Under the pieces are notes generated by a model. It had not been told where the DNA came from. It worked only from the letters and a program-made list of their open reading frames with translations, and did no database searches. Shown here in pieces: positions 38,038 to 50,515 of a stretch of DNA of 64,000 nt. The stretch spans positions 930,001-994,000 of the forward strand of contig MU006095.1 in assembly GCA_010093705.1 (NCBI GenBank), in the 5' to 3' direction. How positions within the stretch are numbered: the first letter of the stretch is position 1; the number at the start of each line of letters is the position of its first letter. The position numbers were made by a program, and so were the translations under genes. The stretch is from Patellaria atrata CBS 101060. Lineage: Eukaryota.

Positions 38038-40179
38038 ATGCCGTATCGCTTCGTCAACCCGTTCAAGAAACACGATGTCTCCGAATTTGAGGGTGTCCTG
38101 ATTCCCCTAGAGACCGCCAATCGCCGACCCTCTGTCACAAGTATCTCCAAGGCCGAAAGCAACAAGGAGAGCAAAAAGAGCACCCGTGACCACTCACCAA
38201 GCTCCTCATCTGATTTCACAAGAACCACAATCGAGTCTTTGAAAGCTGAAGTTGAAGCGGATCTGACTGCAGGCAGTTACAATTCTGCATACGACCGTAC
38301 GTTTAGTGAACTACTGTGCTAAACCCACGCAGTATTTTTTTCTCTCGAAAGTGTTAGTTGTAAAGACTCGCGTCTGACATTGAAGTAGGAAAATCCAAAG
38401 TAATTAACAAGGCTGTTCAGGATATTGGAATGGGTTCATATCAGTGGAAACTCTTTGTTCTGTGCGGCTTCGGTTGGTTTGCTGACAAGTACGTCCTTCT
38501 ATCATATACGGTCTAGACTTGCGCTAATGTAGGGCTCGTTCTAGTCTCTGGTTGCAGGTAAATATACTCCTAAATTGTGTCTCCTCGACAGGAATGGCAC
38601 TCTACGGGTTGCTGCGAAGCCAAAGAAGGTGACATACGCTTGTGTACACAGAGCAAGTGTACAGCTACCGTAGAGTGCTAATATTTTGGGACGGGGACGA
38701 GTTAATGAATACAAACGTGGCTAATGAATTTCAAGGGTGTCGCACTTACATTACCCCAACTGGCCAATGAATTCGGGGTTGATTCAAATACGATCAGATA
38801 CACGACATTGGCTTTATTCACAGGTCTTTGCCTTGGAGCTAGCATCTGGGGTACCGCATCCGATGTAATTGGCCGCCGATTAGCTTTCAATATGACACTC
38901 TTCCTAGCTGGCGCCTTCGGTTTGGCAGCTGGCGGTGGGCCGACCTGGATCGGAACTTGCGCACTTTATGCCTGTGTCGGAATCGGAGTGGGTGGGAATC
39001 TTCCTGTTGACGGGGCACTATTTCTGGAATTTCTCCCTTTTGAATCCGGAAATCTACTGACCCTACTTTCGGTGTGGTGGCCCGTTGGGCAATTGGTTGC
39101 CTCACTTAGTATGTTTGAACTCCGTGGAATATATTACACTTGCACCATGAGCTGACAGTAGAAAAGTTGCCTGGGGATTCATTCCTAACTATTCCTGTGA
39201 GAGCGCAGAGGGTTGCTCTCGAGCTGAGAACATGGGTTGGAGGTACTTGGTCCTCACGATGGGTGCCTTGACATTTTGCATGTTCATTGGACGCTTCTTC
39301 CTATTCCATCTCTATGAATCTCCCAAGTTCTTACTGTCTCGCGGACGTCAAGCGGAGGCTGTCGCTGTGGTGCACGGCATTGCGTATAAGAACGGAGCAA
39401 AGACTTGGTTGACCGAAGATATCCTCAATGCAATCGGGGGCAACCCAGACGTCGTCCAGGATGATAAGCTGGAGACAGCCGAGATCATTCGACGTACGCT
39501 ATCAAAATTTTCAACACAACGAATTGCGCCTCTTTTCCATGGATGGAAACTCGCGGTGAGCACAAGTTTGATCTGGTTTGCGTGGACAACGATTGGCATG
39601 GCTTATCCGCTGTTCAACGCCTACTTGCCGCTTTACCTTCAAAACAACGGAGGAGGCGAAGAGGTATCGACATCTGTCGTTTACAGGAACTATGCCATCA
39701 CTTCTATCGTCGGTGTTCCCGGGAGTATCATCGCTTGTTACACAGTCGACATCAAATACGTCGGTCGTAAAGGCACTATGGGAATTGCCACAGCTTTGAG
39801 TGCCGTATTCCTCTTTCTTTTCACAACCTCAACTAATTCAGATACTCAGTTGGTCTTCGCTTCCCTTGAAGCGTTTTTCCAGGTGAGTGTTCAAGTTCGC
39901 CCACGAAGGATGATGATCACTGATAATTTTTAGAATATTATGTACGGAGTCCTGTACGCTTACTCTCCGGAGGTGTGGCCCGCTCCGAATCGCGGTACAG
40001 GAACCGGTATTGCATCTTTCTTGAACCGTGTTGCAGGGCTTTGTGCCCCAATTGTGGCTGTTAACGCTGGTCAAGTGAATCCATCAGCGCCAATTTATGC
40101 AGCTGGCGGACTTTTCTTAGCCGCCTTTGTTGCGATGTTGCTGCTGCCTATTGAGACAATGGGAAGGCAGTCCTTGTAA
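38038..40179 (+). CDS. MFS transporter, SV2/SVOP-like family, multi-exon with 13-nt microexon (38545-38557)
   Basis: GMGSYQWKLFVLCGFGWFADN/LWLQ/GVAL, SDVIGRRLAFN, GGNLPVDGALFLEFLP, GWRY, ESPKFLL, YAYSPEVWPAPNRGTG, LPIET. Confidence 0.92.
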
Positions 40180-41498
40180 ACAGAGATAGACTTGAGTGGA
40201 GATACCCTTCAGCTGTTCGTTCTTCCTTGCTCACTACTTTATGATTGGCTTTGAGAGGACTCTCTGGAATGACACTGCTGTACGTAACAATCAACTGTAT
40301 AATTGATTCTATGACTGTACGAATGTGTGAGGTGTATATTCCGAAAAACAATCTATGCTTTAAAATTTGATGGTATACTGATGACTGTACCACACAATGA
40401 TCAGACAGTGGGAATCACAGGTACAGCACCAGATTGTGATAGTAAGGATTATTGAAATTGATTGCGGTGATTGGCTGTTCGACTTTCCATTTTCCCCTCC
40501 GTGGGTATATAACCAGCTCAGCCACGCTATTGTGGCTTTGTTCTTCGATGATACAAGAAAAGCGGGATACCTTAATACCTAACCCACAGAATCGATTAGG
40601 TATTGAGGTGATCCCACGGTTGATTCGAGCGTTTGTAATTAATGGTTTTGTATGATCGTTGGGTGGTTGAGAAATGATTGGAAAACGGTACTTGTACTAT
40701 ACCCCCTGTACTGTACGGAGTATTGTCATCTGACTCCGGGGCTGAGAGTCCAGTCCTGTTCAAGGAGGGTATTTGCTTTTAACAGCTGGCATCTCTGTAC
40801 AGCCAGGCCAGCTCATGATTGTTTGCTTGCTGCTAGATCGATTGATACATCGTGTGAGCCTAGTTCCATTGCTACAAAGTAGCTTTAGCATTGACGCGAT
40901 GGTAGTAATCATATTTAACAGAATAGTCATGTTTTACTCAAATGAGATTTATATTTGATTAGGTTGTGCAGTATTGTACCGGGCGTACAGAAACAGGACG
41001 TGTTATGCGGGAAAGACGTTGGAATTCCTGAAACGACACCGTGAACTGCACAATTTTAACCAAGTGCAGCCGTAGGATGACGCATATGAAGAACTGGACT
41101 CGGTACCTGGTTCGTAAGGCGAAAATAAGAGACAAGCAAAGTCAACCTTCTTTGTTGTTAATACGCTTGGCTTAGGTTATTTGACTTGGCGAGATGGCTG
41201 TGCCGTCACCATCTCCCACCTCTCCGAGTCTTCTGGTAAGGTATAAAGCGAACTTCTGTCTATATCAACCTTATTCCCCACTTTCTTCCTCTTCCTGTTG
41301 GCTTTAATTTGCCTTCTAATTCAACAAGTACACATCTTCTTTTGAGGACCCCTAACCACCTTACACCGCACCTAGTTAATTCCGACATAAATCGCCCGAC
41401 CTTACACCTACAAATCGTGTGTTCATCACACAAGGACCTATATTACTACATTTCGCGAATGCTATTGATCAAACGTCCGATATAATAGTCTATCCAAC

Positions 41499-42373
41499 AT
41501 GAAGTTCCTACATTTCGCGACGTCATTCGTCGCACTTAGCTCCTCTGTTTCAAGCTCGATTCTGCCACCATCTTCGAAAGCGCTTGCGGTTCGGGAACCC
41601 GAAGCGAAATCGGAGACATATGATCAGTTCTTCGACGCCTCACCTCTAGAGAGACGAAGAGGAGGCGGCGGAAGGAGTAGTGGTAGCTCTGGGAGCAGTT
41701 CCGGAGGATCTCGCGGCAGTTCGTCGAGTAGTAAGTAGATACAATTCATTCATCAAAGACACTGTCATATCTGAATCGTACTTACAAAGGTGGTCGCTCT
41801 ACAGGTTCATCTACTCGCGGGGACTCTAATGCTGGCGGGCGAACAAGCACCGGCAGTGGTCCCACTCCACGATTCGGCGGAGGGAGATTTTATGGTGGCG
41901 GTGCAGTGGTTCCTTACAGTGCTGGCAGTCGTTCGCCGGCCGGAATCGTCCCTTTCATCCTGTTAGGCGGCGCCCTTCTGGTGTTTCCGGGTCTCTGGCT
42001 TTACGGCGCGTACATTTATGACTATCCGAGGCAGATCACATATTTCAACGAATCCGCAAACGCCAACGAGACAAATGCTGTTCAATGCTGGTGTTCAAGA
42101 TTTCTGGTTTGCAGTTGCGACGAGAACGACGAAGATGATTATGTCCAAGATCTCATCGGAGACGGCAATTGGCGAAATTTGGACAAGTCATTAATAACTG
42201 TTACCGACGTCAATGGGACGAGAACGGTCCTCATCAACGGCACACTTCCAAACGGAACTACTGCAAGTGGTGGCGAGGACGGCGAAGGCGCTGCTGCGAA
42301 CTTCAAACCAGTCGAATATACAGTATATGCCCTCATGGCCGCAGTACTCACCAGTGCTGTTTGGTTCATCTAA
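41499..42373 (+). CDS. Secreted/GPI-anchored Gly-rich conserved fungal protein, 2 exons
   Basis: Signal peptide, ERRRGGGG Kex2-like site, FYGGGAVVPYSAG, Cys cluster CWC..CSCD, INGTLPNGTTA, hydrophobic C-terminus. Confidence 0.8.
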
Positions 42374-42942
42374 AAGGAACCCTAACTAGACCTTCCCGTC
42401 ATTCAAGATGACATTTGTACAATATTATTCCTTTCTTGAGCGGAGTCTCTGAAGCTGTTCCATACTGTGGGAGTAACTAGATCAGCCTAGCTACCACACC
42501 CATTTAGCATGGATTCAGAAGGCTATTTTCGAGGGATTTCGGTGATGCTTCCAAGTTTCTGGAGATTTGGATTTCATGTCCATATGTCCATATGTACTAT
42601 ACGACTATAATTCTATAGAATTCCTAATCATGCGTTGATTGAGATAGTGTTGTCCTAGGATAATAACCGCACTCGGAGTATTGAGAAATGTACAAGGAAT
42701 AGTCCACAATCTGAAGCTCTTTGGAGTATTGTACCCTTTCTACGAATAATGAATTGTAGTTTCTACCCCGTACCTGGAAGCAGCAGACAGAATCTTATCG
42801 GAGATACCTTACCTTAGTTCTAACGTTATCTTAGTGCCTTGGCTTACCTCTACCTTGAGCTTCCAATTGTTGACTGAAATACTCACCACATCAGCTTTTC
42901 TTCATAAATTCAGTTACAACCTACCTTAACCCTTCGATTATA

Positions 42943-43837
42943 ATGGAACAAACACGCGCGCTAAATGCTCTAGAACCATTTCTAGCACTCTCTAAAACCG
43001 CAAACTCGCCTCGCGCAGCAGCAGACCTAATCACACAAGCAACTGGCGCACCGAATACCTATGTCTTTGCGGAGCTGCTACAGACGCCGAACATCCAGGG
43101 ACTCAGAGATAATTCGCAATACTCCGGGTATCTAAAGTTGTTAGAGATCTTCAGCTGGGGCACATGGGGAGACTATTGCTGTAAGCACGTTCCATCCTCT
43201 GAGCTCAACATCTTCCTACAGAGCTAGGCTGATGTAGACTATAGCAAATCCTGGGCTTCCAGAGCTCAATGAATCGCAGCAACAAAAGCTCAAACTTCTT
43301 TCATTATTGCCTCTTGCGCAGGCACAATCCAATCTCACATACCCCGCCCTTCAGTCGGCCCTCTCTCTTCCCAACGCTCGCTCACTAGAAAAGTTAATAA
43401 CAACCGCCATTTACGCCAACCTCCTAACCGGCACATTGGATCCAGCTCATAGCACCGTAGTCATAACCTCCACATCACCGTTGCGTGACCTTCCCCCCGG
43501 TAGCATCCCCACACTACAAAACATCCTCTCAGCATGGTCTGCTAAATGCACCGGTGTGCTAGATGACCTTGACCTGCAGGCAGAGGGGGTAAGGCGTCAA
43601 TCAAGAGAGCGCCAGCAGCGAAGGAAGAACGAAGAGAAGATGAAAGAAATGGTAGACAAAGCAGCAGAGGAGAGAGAGAAGGAGAAATGCGGGAAGAGGG
43701 GCCCAGGCTTTGCTGGACTAGGAGGTGATGGCGCAAGCGGGGAGGGCGAAGCTATGGATGTTGATGACCCGTCCTCAGGGAGAGGTGGTTCTAGAGGGGC
43801 GAAGAGAGGCGGAGGGATGGGAAGGAGATTTGGGTAA
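42943..43837 (+). CDS. csn7: COP9 signalosome subunit 7 (PCI domain)
   Basis: ALNALEPFLALSK..SPRAAADLITQATGAPNTYVFAELL, LLEIFSWGTW, KLKLLSLL, LITTAIYANLLTGTLDP; one intron. Confidence 0.88.
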
Positions 43838-44720
43838 GCTGTGGAATACATGTGTAACACTAAGGAAGTTCACCCCACAGCTTCATCTTGGTCTAAGAGT
43901 CTAGGCCGAAGCATACGGTTTGCGGATGGTGGAGATAGAACGTCTACTAAGAAGCTGCCAAGCTACGAGACTATGAAATTACGAAGCTTGTGAGCACCAC
44001 TCGAATATCGTTAAGAACATCATAAGGCATAGCGTGGCAATATTAGCGAGCATAGCAATAAAGGTATCTACCTTGAAGGTGAACTAGATAGTTCCGAGTC
44101 TCATACTAGACTGACGAAAACGGAAGAAATAAATCTTTGCTCTTCGACAGCGTCCCACGACTGCGAGACTCCTAAATCTCATCGCTGAATTTATCTATTG
44201 ACTAACCTACTGTATAGATATCAAGAATTGAGGAAAGAATGCCTAGAACGCGGGGAAATGCCAAGGATCTAGGATTGACTTACCTAAGCGCGCCAATAAT
44301 GTAGAACTTAATTTGTACATTTTGGTTTCTTCTTGCCCAGATTTCCCCATCGTTTTCCAATTTTCCAGCTAATTAGAGGTAGTATATCAAGTGTCAATAC
44401 ATATCCTTGAAAGGTCTTGTGCAAGCTGTCCGTCTTAAGCTTGTCATGACCTCCTTCCTTCTGCAACATTTGACTTCTCTGCAGACAGCATGACCTCTCC
44501 CCGGTTCGCGAGATGCAAACACAAGCATCGTCATTACTTCCCTAGGATCCTAGAACACTGGTGATTCATAGCAAGGTACGCCTGTAAGGAAATCAGCTGG
44601 TTAAAGCACATGGCCTCCAAAAGTACCTTACATAGGGGCGTTGCGCCACCCGCAACGTCGCTATTCATTTGTTTCTCCTTCCTGGCTATTCTAGGATTCT
44701 CAATGTTAGATCTCCTAAAA

Positions 44721-46568
44721 ATGCGAGCTCCTTCTGTACTCGCGTCTGCCGTCGGTCTATCAGCGGTGCAAGTAGCAGCGCAGTGCGTGGACTATGCTGA
44801 TTATTCAACACAGCGTCATGAGCCTTTCTCTGCAGGTCGATTTCAACTGTCATATCAAAGGCCCCCAGAAGAATGCCGCACATTCAAATCTCAAGGCGTA
44901 GAGGATATTATAGCACGGATGAAAGAGACCATCAGCGATCCTGACCTGGAACGCCTCTTTGAAAACGCGTACCCTTCTACCTTAGATACGGCAATCAAGT
45001 GGAGAGGAAAAGCAGCGGACACCGATGAAGAATTGACTTTCATAATAACAGGAGATATCAACGCAATGTGGCTTCGAGACTCTTCCAATCAAATGCAGTC
45101 GTACCTTCCACTTCTCAATGCTTCAGAATCTGTGGACTCCATCGCCTCTCTGTTTCGTGGAGTCATTAATCTTCAAGCGCGCTACCTACTCACAGCTCCG
45201 TACTGTAATTCCTTCCAACCACCCATAGAATCGGGTATCCCACCTGCCGGGAACGAGGGAGCAAGGACAGATATGGTGGTGCCTATCTATCCCCTCGATG
45301 CTGTTTTTGAATGCAAGTACGAACTCGACTCACTCGCCGCGTTTTTGGAAGTCTCGGCCGACTACCATTCTCGTACGAACGACACAGGATTCTTTTCCAA
45401 GTACAAATGGGTTGAAACCATCAAGGTTGTCCTCGAAACTGCCAACGCCATGATGTTGCCCACGTACGACCCAGAAGGCAGAGTAAATCAGAGCCCGTAC
45501 TCGTTCACGAGAGAGACGACACGGTCGACCGAAACACTAGCTAATAATGGTCTCGGAAACCCAGTCGCGAACGGTACAGGACTGATACGGTCTGCATTCA
45601 GACCTTCAGATGACTCCACAATTTTCCAGTTTTTGATTCCAGCAAATATGATGTTTGCGTCATACCTCTCTCAAACTGCCGAAATTATGGCCCAACTTAC
45701 TCAGCCTGAGGCCAGAGGGCTCGCCGCTCGGATGCGTGATATGTCCACAAGCTTACGGACCGCTATAACTACACACGGAACTATCAACCACCCAGAGTTT
45801 GGTGCAATATACGCATTTGAGGTCGACGGGTATGGTTCTGCGAATACTATGGACGACGCAAACATTCCATCTCTCTTGTCTGCGCCATTTTTAGGCTATC
45901 TTGAACGTCAAGATGAGGTTTATCAGACTACGCGCAAATTCATCCTTAGTGCTTCAAACCCATACTTCATGAGAGGACCCGTTATAAATGCAATTGGCGG
46001 TCCTCATGCTGGCCCTGGATACGCATGGCCGATGGCGAAAATAGTGCAGATATTGACGAGTGATGACGACACTGAAATAACAGACGCCTTGGGAGAGATT
46101 TTGAGTAGTACAGCTGGGTTAGGGCTGATCCACGAAAGTGTGAACAGTTTCGACGAGAACGATTGGACAAGGCAATGGTGAGTTATTTTATCTTCTATTC
46201 CATCCTAGTTTGCACTTCTCGGTCACTGTACGCTTGTTGTATATCTACCAGCTCATGCTCAACTCTGAGGAGTTCATATATCTTCGAGTTGTGTACGCAT
46301 GTGTGTTCGTACAGCTTGCAGCCGTTTGTACAGTCTGGTTCACTACGTACATAGAAATCAGCGGACCCCTTTATGACCAAGCGTACAGTAATCTAGAAGT
46401 ACAAGGGCAGGGAAATGGATATCCCAAACCAACCATTTTGAGAATGTGCTAACTTTACTACGTAGGTTCTCCTGGGCGAACGGGCTCTTTGGACAAATGA
46501 TTCTAGACTTAGAAGTCAGAAAACCGCACATTTTGAAGCAAAGCTTCCAGGGCACGGGCACAGGTTGA
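44721..46568 (+). CDS. GH125 exo-alpha-1,6-mannosidase-like protein (DUF1237), secreted
   Basis: [58 protein letters not shown]; likely start MRAPSVL at 44721 (in-frame ATG also at 44610); last intron 46178-46465. Confidence 0.92.
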
Positions 46569-46951
46569 GAGTAAAGTTGAGATAAAGTAGCTTTCTATTT
46601 TTATAATTATAACTACTCTTGGTGTCATCGTGAACTGCTGAAGATGTTGCTACTGTGAGCTTGGCGCGCTTTCCACTTAGGAACGGACCCTTGGGATTCC
46701 CCGCAAAGGTGCTAATCAACAATTTCCCCTCCACATCCATTCTAGAGCCGCTCAAAGCCTCGTACTGGTCTTTTCGCAATCCTATTTCATAAGGTAGTCA
46801 TTCGTTACCTGGTTTTGTATTCTGGTATCTCACATTTGCAACCTTAGGATAATAATCACAAGATCTCATCAAAATTTTTCAATCTAAGCGACCTAGTAAA
46901 CAACAGCCTGAGGTCCCTATCAAAAGCAATTCTAGCTCTGCAGAAGTATCA

Positions 46952-48559
46952 ATGGACCCACGAGAAGCTGACCGTAAGTATAAATCAGCACCCTCGTACA
47001 TCTCAGTGTCCTCCTATCATACTGCGCCCGAGTCAGCAGTAAGTTGCATTCTATAAGATATGTTTCTGAGAGAATAGTAGTTAACTATGATTAGCAGCCT
47101 CAGAGTCCAGGCTGGGCACATGAACCTCAGCCGTTTCACAGTCCTAGAGTCCAACATGCGCCCGCGCCGTCATATTTCACGTATGTTTCTCCATCTTCGC
47201 TAGTACCTCGAAGACCTGTCGTAGAGCGATCCATTACAAGTCCTATTTCCGCCAGAGATCCAAAGTATGCCAATTACACTCCTTTTGATGCTTCGCACTA
47301 CCGGTATCAAGGGATAACAACATCTTTACAAGTAGCCGAACAAAAAGAGCCTTCGAGCGACGGCTCGTACTCCGTAGAGGAGACTCCATATCTTCGCTAT
47401 GTGAGTAGTAACTGGTTGAATATGAGGAATAAGTCCGGTCGTTTTGAGAAGAGCTGGTCGGGAAACGGGCGCCATGTACAGTTTCCAAATGAAAATGAGG
47501 AACGCTCTACGCTCGTATATTACGGTAACCTTGGCCATGGAGCATATGGATCCGTGGATCGTGTCTGCTGTACGTCTCCCAGTGGTTCACTCTTCATTGT
47601 CAGAAAGTATGTAAGGGGTACTCGCGGGAAAGCATTGGAGACATTTATGAAAGAAGCAGATTTGTGTGCACCACTGAAGCATAAGCACGTAATCCAGACT
47701 ATTGGCACTTATCATACCGTTGGTTCGCCGCAACTTGCCTTGCTTCAGTGGCCTGTAGGCCATTGGACCCTCGAGGAGTTCATGGGGTCCATGGATACTC
47801 CACAGGGACCCCTTCGGTCTCATAGACCTACTCTATTGAAATTCTTTGGTTGTCTAGCTAGTGCCATAGATTATGTGCATGGAGACTCAAAACATGGTCT
47901 TAAACACATGGATATAAAACCTGAGAATATCATCGTAAAACAAATTGATGATAGGCGTGAGAGCGATGAAGAGGTCAGTGCGTAATTACCCCTGGAGTCT
48001 AACACCTCACTTACGGCTAGTGTAGTACTTCACGGTGGTTTTGAGTGATTTTGGACTTGCACGTACCGCTGCGTTCGGCGAGCAAACCCAGAACACTGCA
48101 AGCAGTGGTACCACAGGCTTCACACGGGACTATGCCGCACCAGAAGTCATCCCCCAGTATTGGGAACAAAGTCATTCACGACGCTCTGATATTTTCTCCT
48201 TAGGATGCGTATACGCAGAGATGCTGACCGTATTAACTGGAGCATATAGCTCGGGTTCTTTAGAAGCTTTTAAGAATTACCGCCAGGGTAAAGGTAGGGA
48301 CGGTAGAGTTTGCGCTGCATATTACTGTAATCTGCCATATGTCGATACGTGGCTTTTCAGAATGCAGGAGACTTGGGACGTCGACCCTGAGGCGACACGT
48401 TACGTCAGACAGTACGACAGGATTCTTCATTTGATCAATATGATGCTAAAGCATGACCCTCGAGAACGACCGAGTCACAGAATGCTAGTCACACAGTTGG
48501 ATGCTTCAAATTGTTGTTCGACAAGGTTTATCGACTGTGATTCTTTCTGGTCTAACTGA
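46952..48559 (+). CDS. Ser/Thr protein kinase, lineage-specific type, 3 exons
   Basis: GHGAYGSV, VRK, HMDIKPEN, DFG, YAAPE, SDIFSLG; open frame extends upstream of ORF track to an exon starting ATG 46952 (donor 47039). Confidence 0.85.
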
Positions 48560-50515
48560 AAGACTTATATGGGTCATCCACTCGACATCATAGAACAAAC
48601 TGCTGATGATACGTGGGAAGAATAAGCTCAGCCATTGACTATGCTTTACCTGAGCTGTCTGAACGCACATGCTGCAGACCACCTTCTTCCTACCAGAACA
48701 ATACATCGTTTACCGTGCAGCTGCGGTTATGAAGAGGCCCGACTGTATCCACGTAATGGACCATGTTGTACTGTACAACCGTACGTAGGCCATACGGACG
48801 CCCGAATCATACATCTTCCAAATTGCTGTACAAACGCTCCTAGGGGCCCTTCTACTCTGATGTATGCAGTGGAACGGGCTGTATAGGAGACCGCCAGCCG
48901 TAAGCACATCTCCGCTTTATAAGAACTCAAGACTTGATCATACTTCAGGATCCAAGTATTCGCCAGCGAGTTGTACAGCGACCGAGGAATAACAACGGCG
49001 AACAATGCAAGAGATCGGATCTACTTTGCAGAAACCAACAGGATAACGTTTGAAAGACGTTCAGTTTGTGAATCACGATGAGTGGTCAAAGTGGTCTGTA
49101 ATATCCTAATGAGGTCAAACAATATCAAAGCGCCGAATCTCACTCGTCCGTGCTCCCTTCCCCAACTTCCCAAGAGCACAAATCCCGTGGGACTGGTTAG
49201 AGCAAGTGGTACAGACTATATGGGAAGGTCAGCAATGCACGTTGGAGACACAGACGGGTGAGATGCCGAACTGGGAAGGGTGGAAGCACTGTCACCTCTA
49301 CAAAAGGGCGATGAGTCGGTCCGAAAAGGAGATGTTTTACTGGACAAGGCATGACAGGAGACAACAGCATTTAATGAATAATTGCTAACTCCCTTACACT
49401 TGATAATAGGAGCTAAGTGATGATAATAATTGTACGAATAAGAACACCTTGTACCTTGTACCTTGTACCATAGCACGCATAGCAACTTTCTTACTATCTG
49501 CTAATTTTACCATGCTGGGAAAATCTACCAGTAGCTGTGACCGGAAATAATAGAAGCTGTCAGTCAGCCAGCCTACCGTGACAGCCCACGCCAGCGACAA
49601 GTTGAAAACGGATGGGAATTGTGGAGGCCAGAACCTTGCCAAGACCTGGGGGTCGGCAATTCATGGGCAACGATCGGTGTTGAGGACCTTTTCCAGCGGT
49701 TCTAAGGGTCTTCTAGCGTGCTTTCAATCTTTCTGGAATCTTTCCGATCGCCACAGCCGCGAGAGAAATGTTGTGATCTGTGCCACCCATCATCCAAAGA
49801 GAAAAGGGCCAGATATGCACTATACCGGGTTGCGTTCATCCAGGCAGTAGGCTGTACGATGGTAAACTCGTTGATCGACACCGTTTGGTGCCTGTTTTGA
49901 GTTGGAAAAAGGGAGCATCGGGATGATGAATAGAGATGACGGCACATACGGGAGGGAGATCGGCATTATATGCAGCGCCAAGAGAGCCGTAAGTGGCGTC
50001 ACGATTGGTAGGAACGAAGAGCAGGGTAAGGTAGGGCAAAATTGCTTTCCTCCCCCCCGGCGAGAATTCGGTGATTCAGCCCTGTGGTGGAGACGCTCGG
50101 GCAACGCCTTTCCAGCTCCGCCTTACCGTACTCGTTCTACCTCGCGCCGGTAGTGCATTACTCTTTTTCTCCCTCTATCCTGCTCGACTTACCACTGGTT
50201 CTCGCCCGTCATTAAAATCCCAAATTGTCGGTTCGGTCATGGATGAGCCTGCGAACGAGGGGCTGGCGGGTGAATGCAGTACGCTAGGGCCCGATGGCCA
50301 TCCCCCCTCAGTATCGCAATCTTTATATATTGCTTGCGCCGGCCCGCTGAGTAGATTGACATCAGTCATATTCTTCGGGCCAGCCGTTTATTCAACCACC
50401 TGAAAATCCGCGAGCACCCCACAGTCCCGCTACCTGGATTGAACACACTACCTGGGCTCATCAGCACTGAGGATCCGATCCATCACTCCACCATCACGTC
50501 CGTAGAGCGTAGGAA

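Noticed and set aside
38558..38735. TPP riboswitch or internal cassette exon
   Set aside because: No CTGAGA or other TPP core motifs; using the internal CAG at 38591 would leave only a 34-nt intron.
49447..49469. (CCTTGTA)x3 tandem repeat
   Set aside because: Ordinary minisatellite without spacers; no CRISPR-like arrays in this eukaryotic window.
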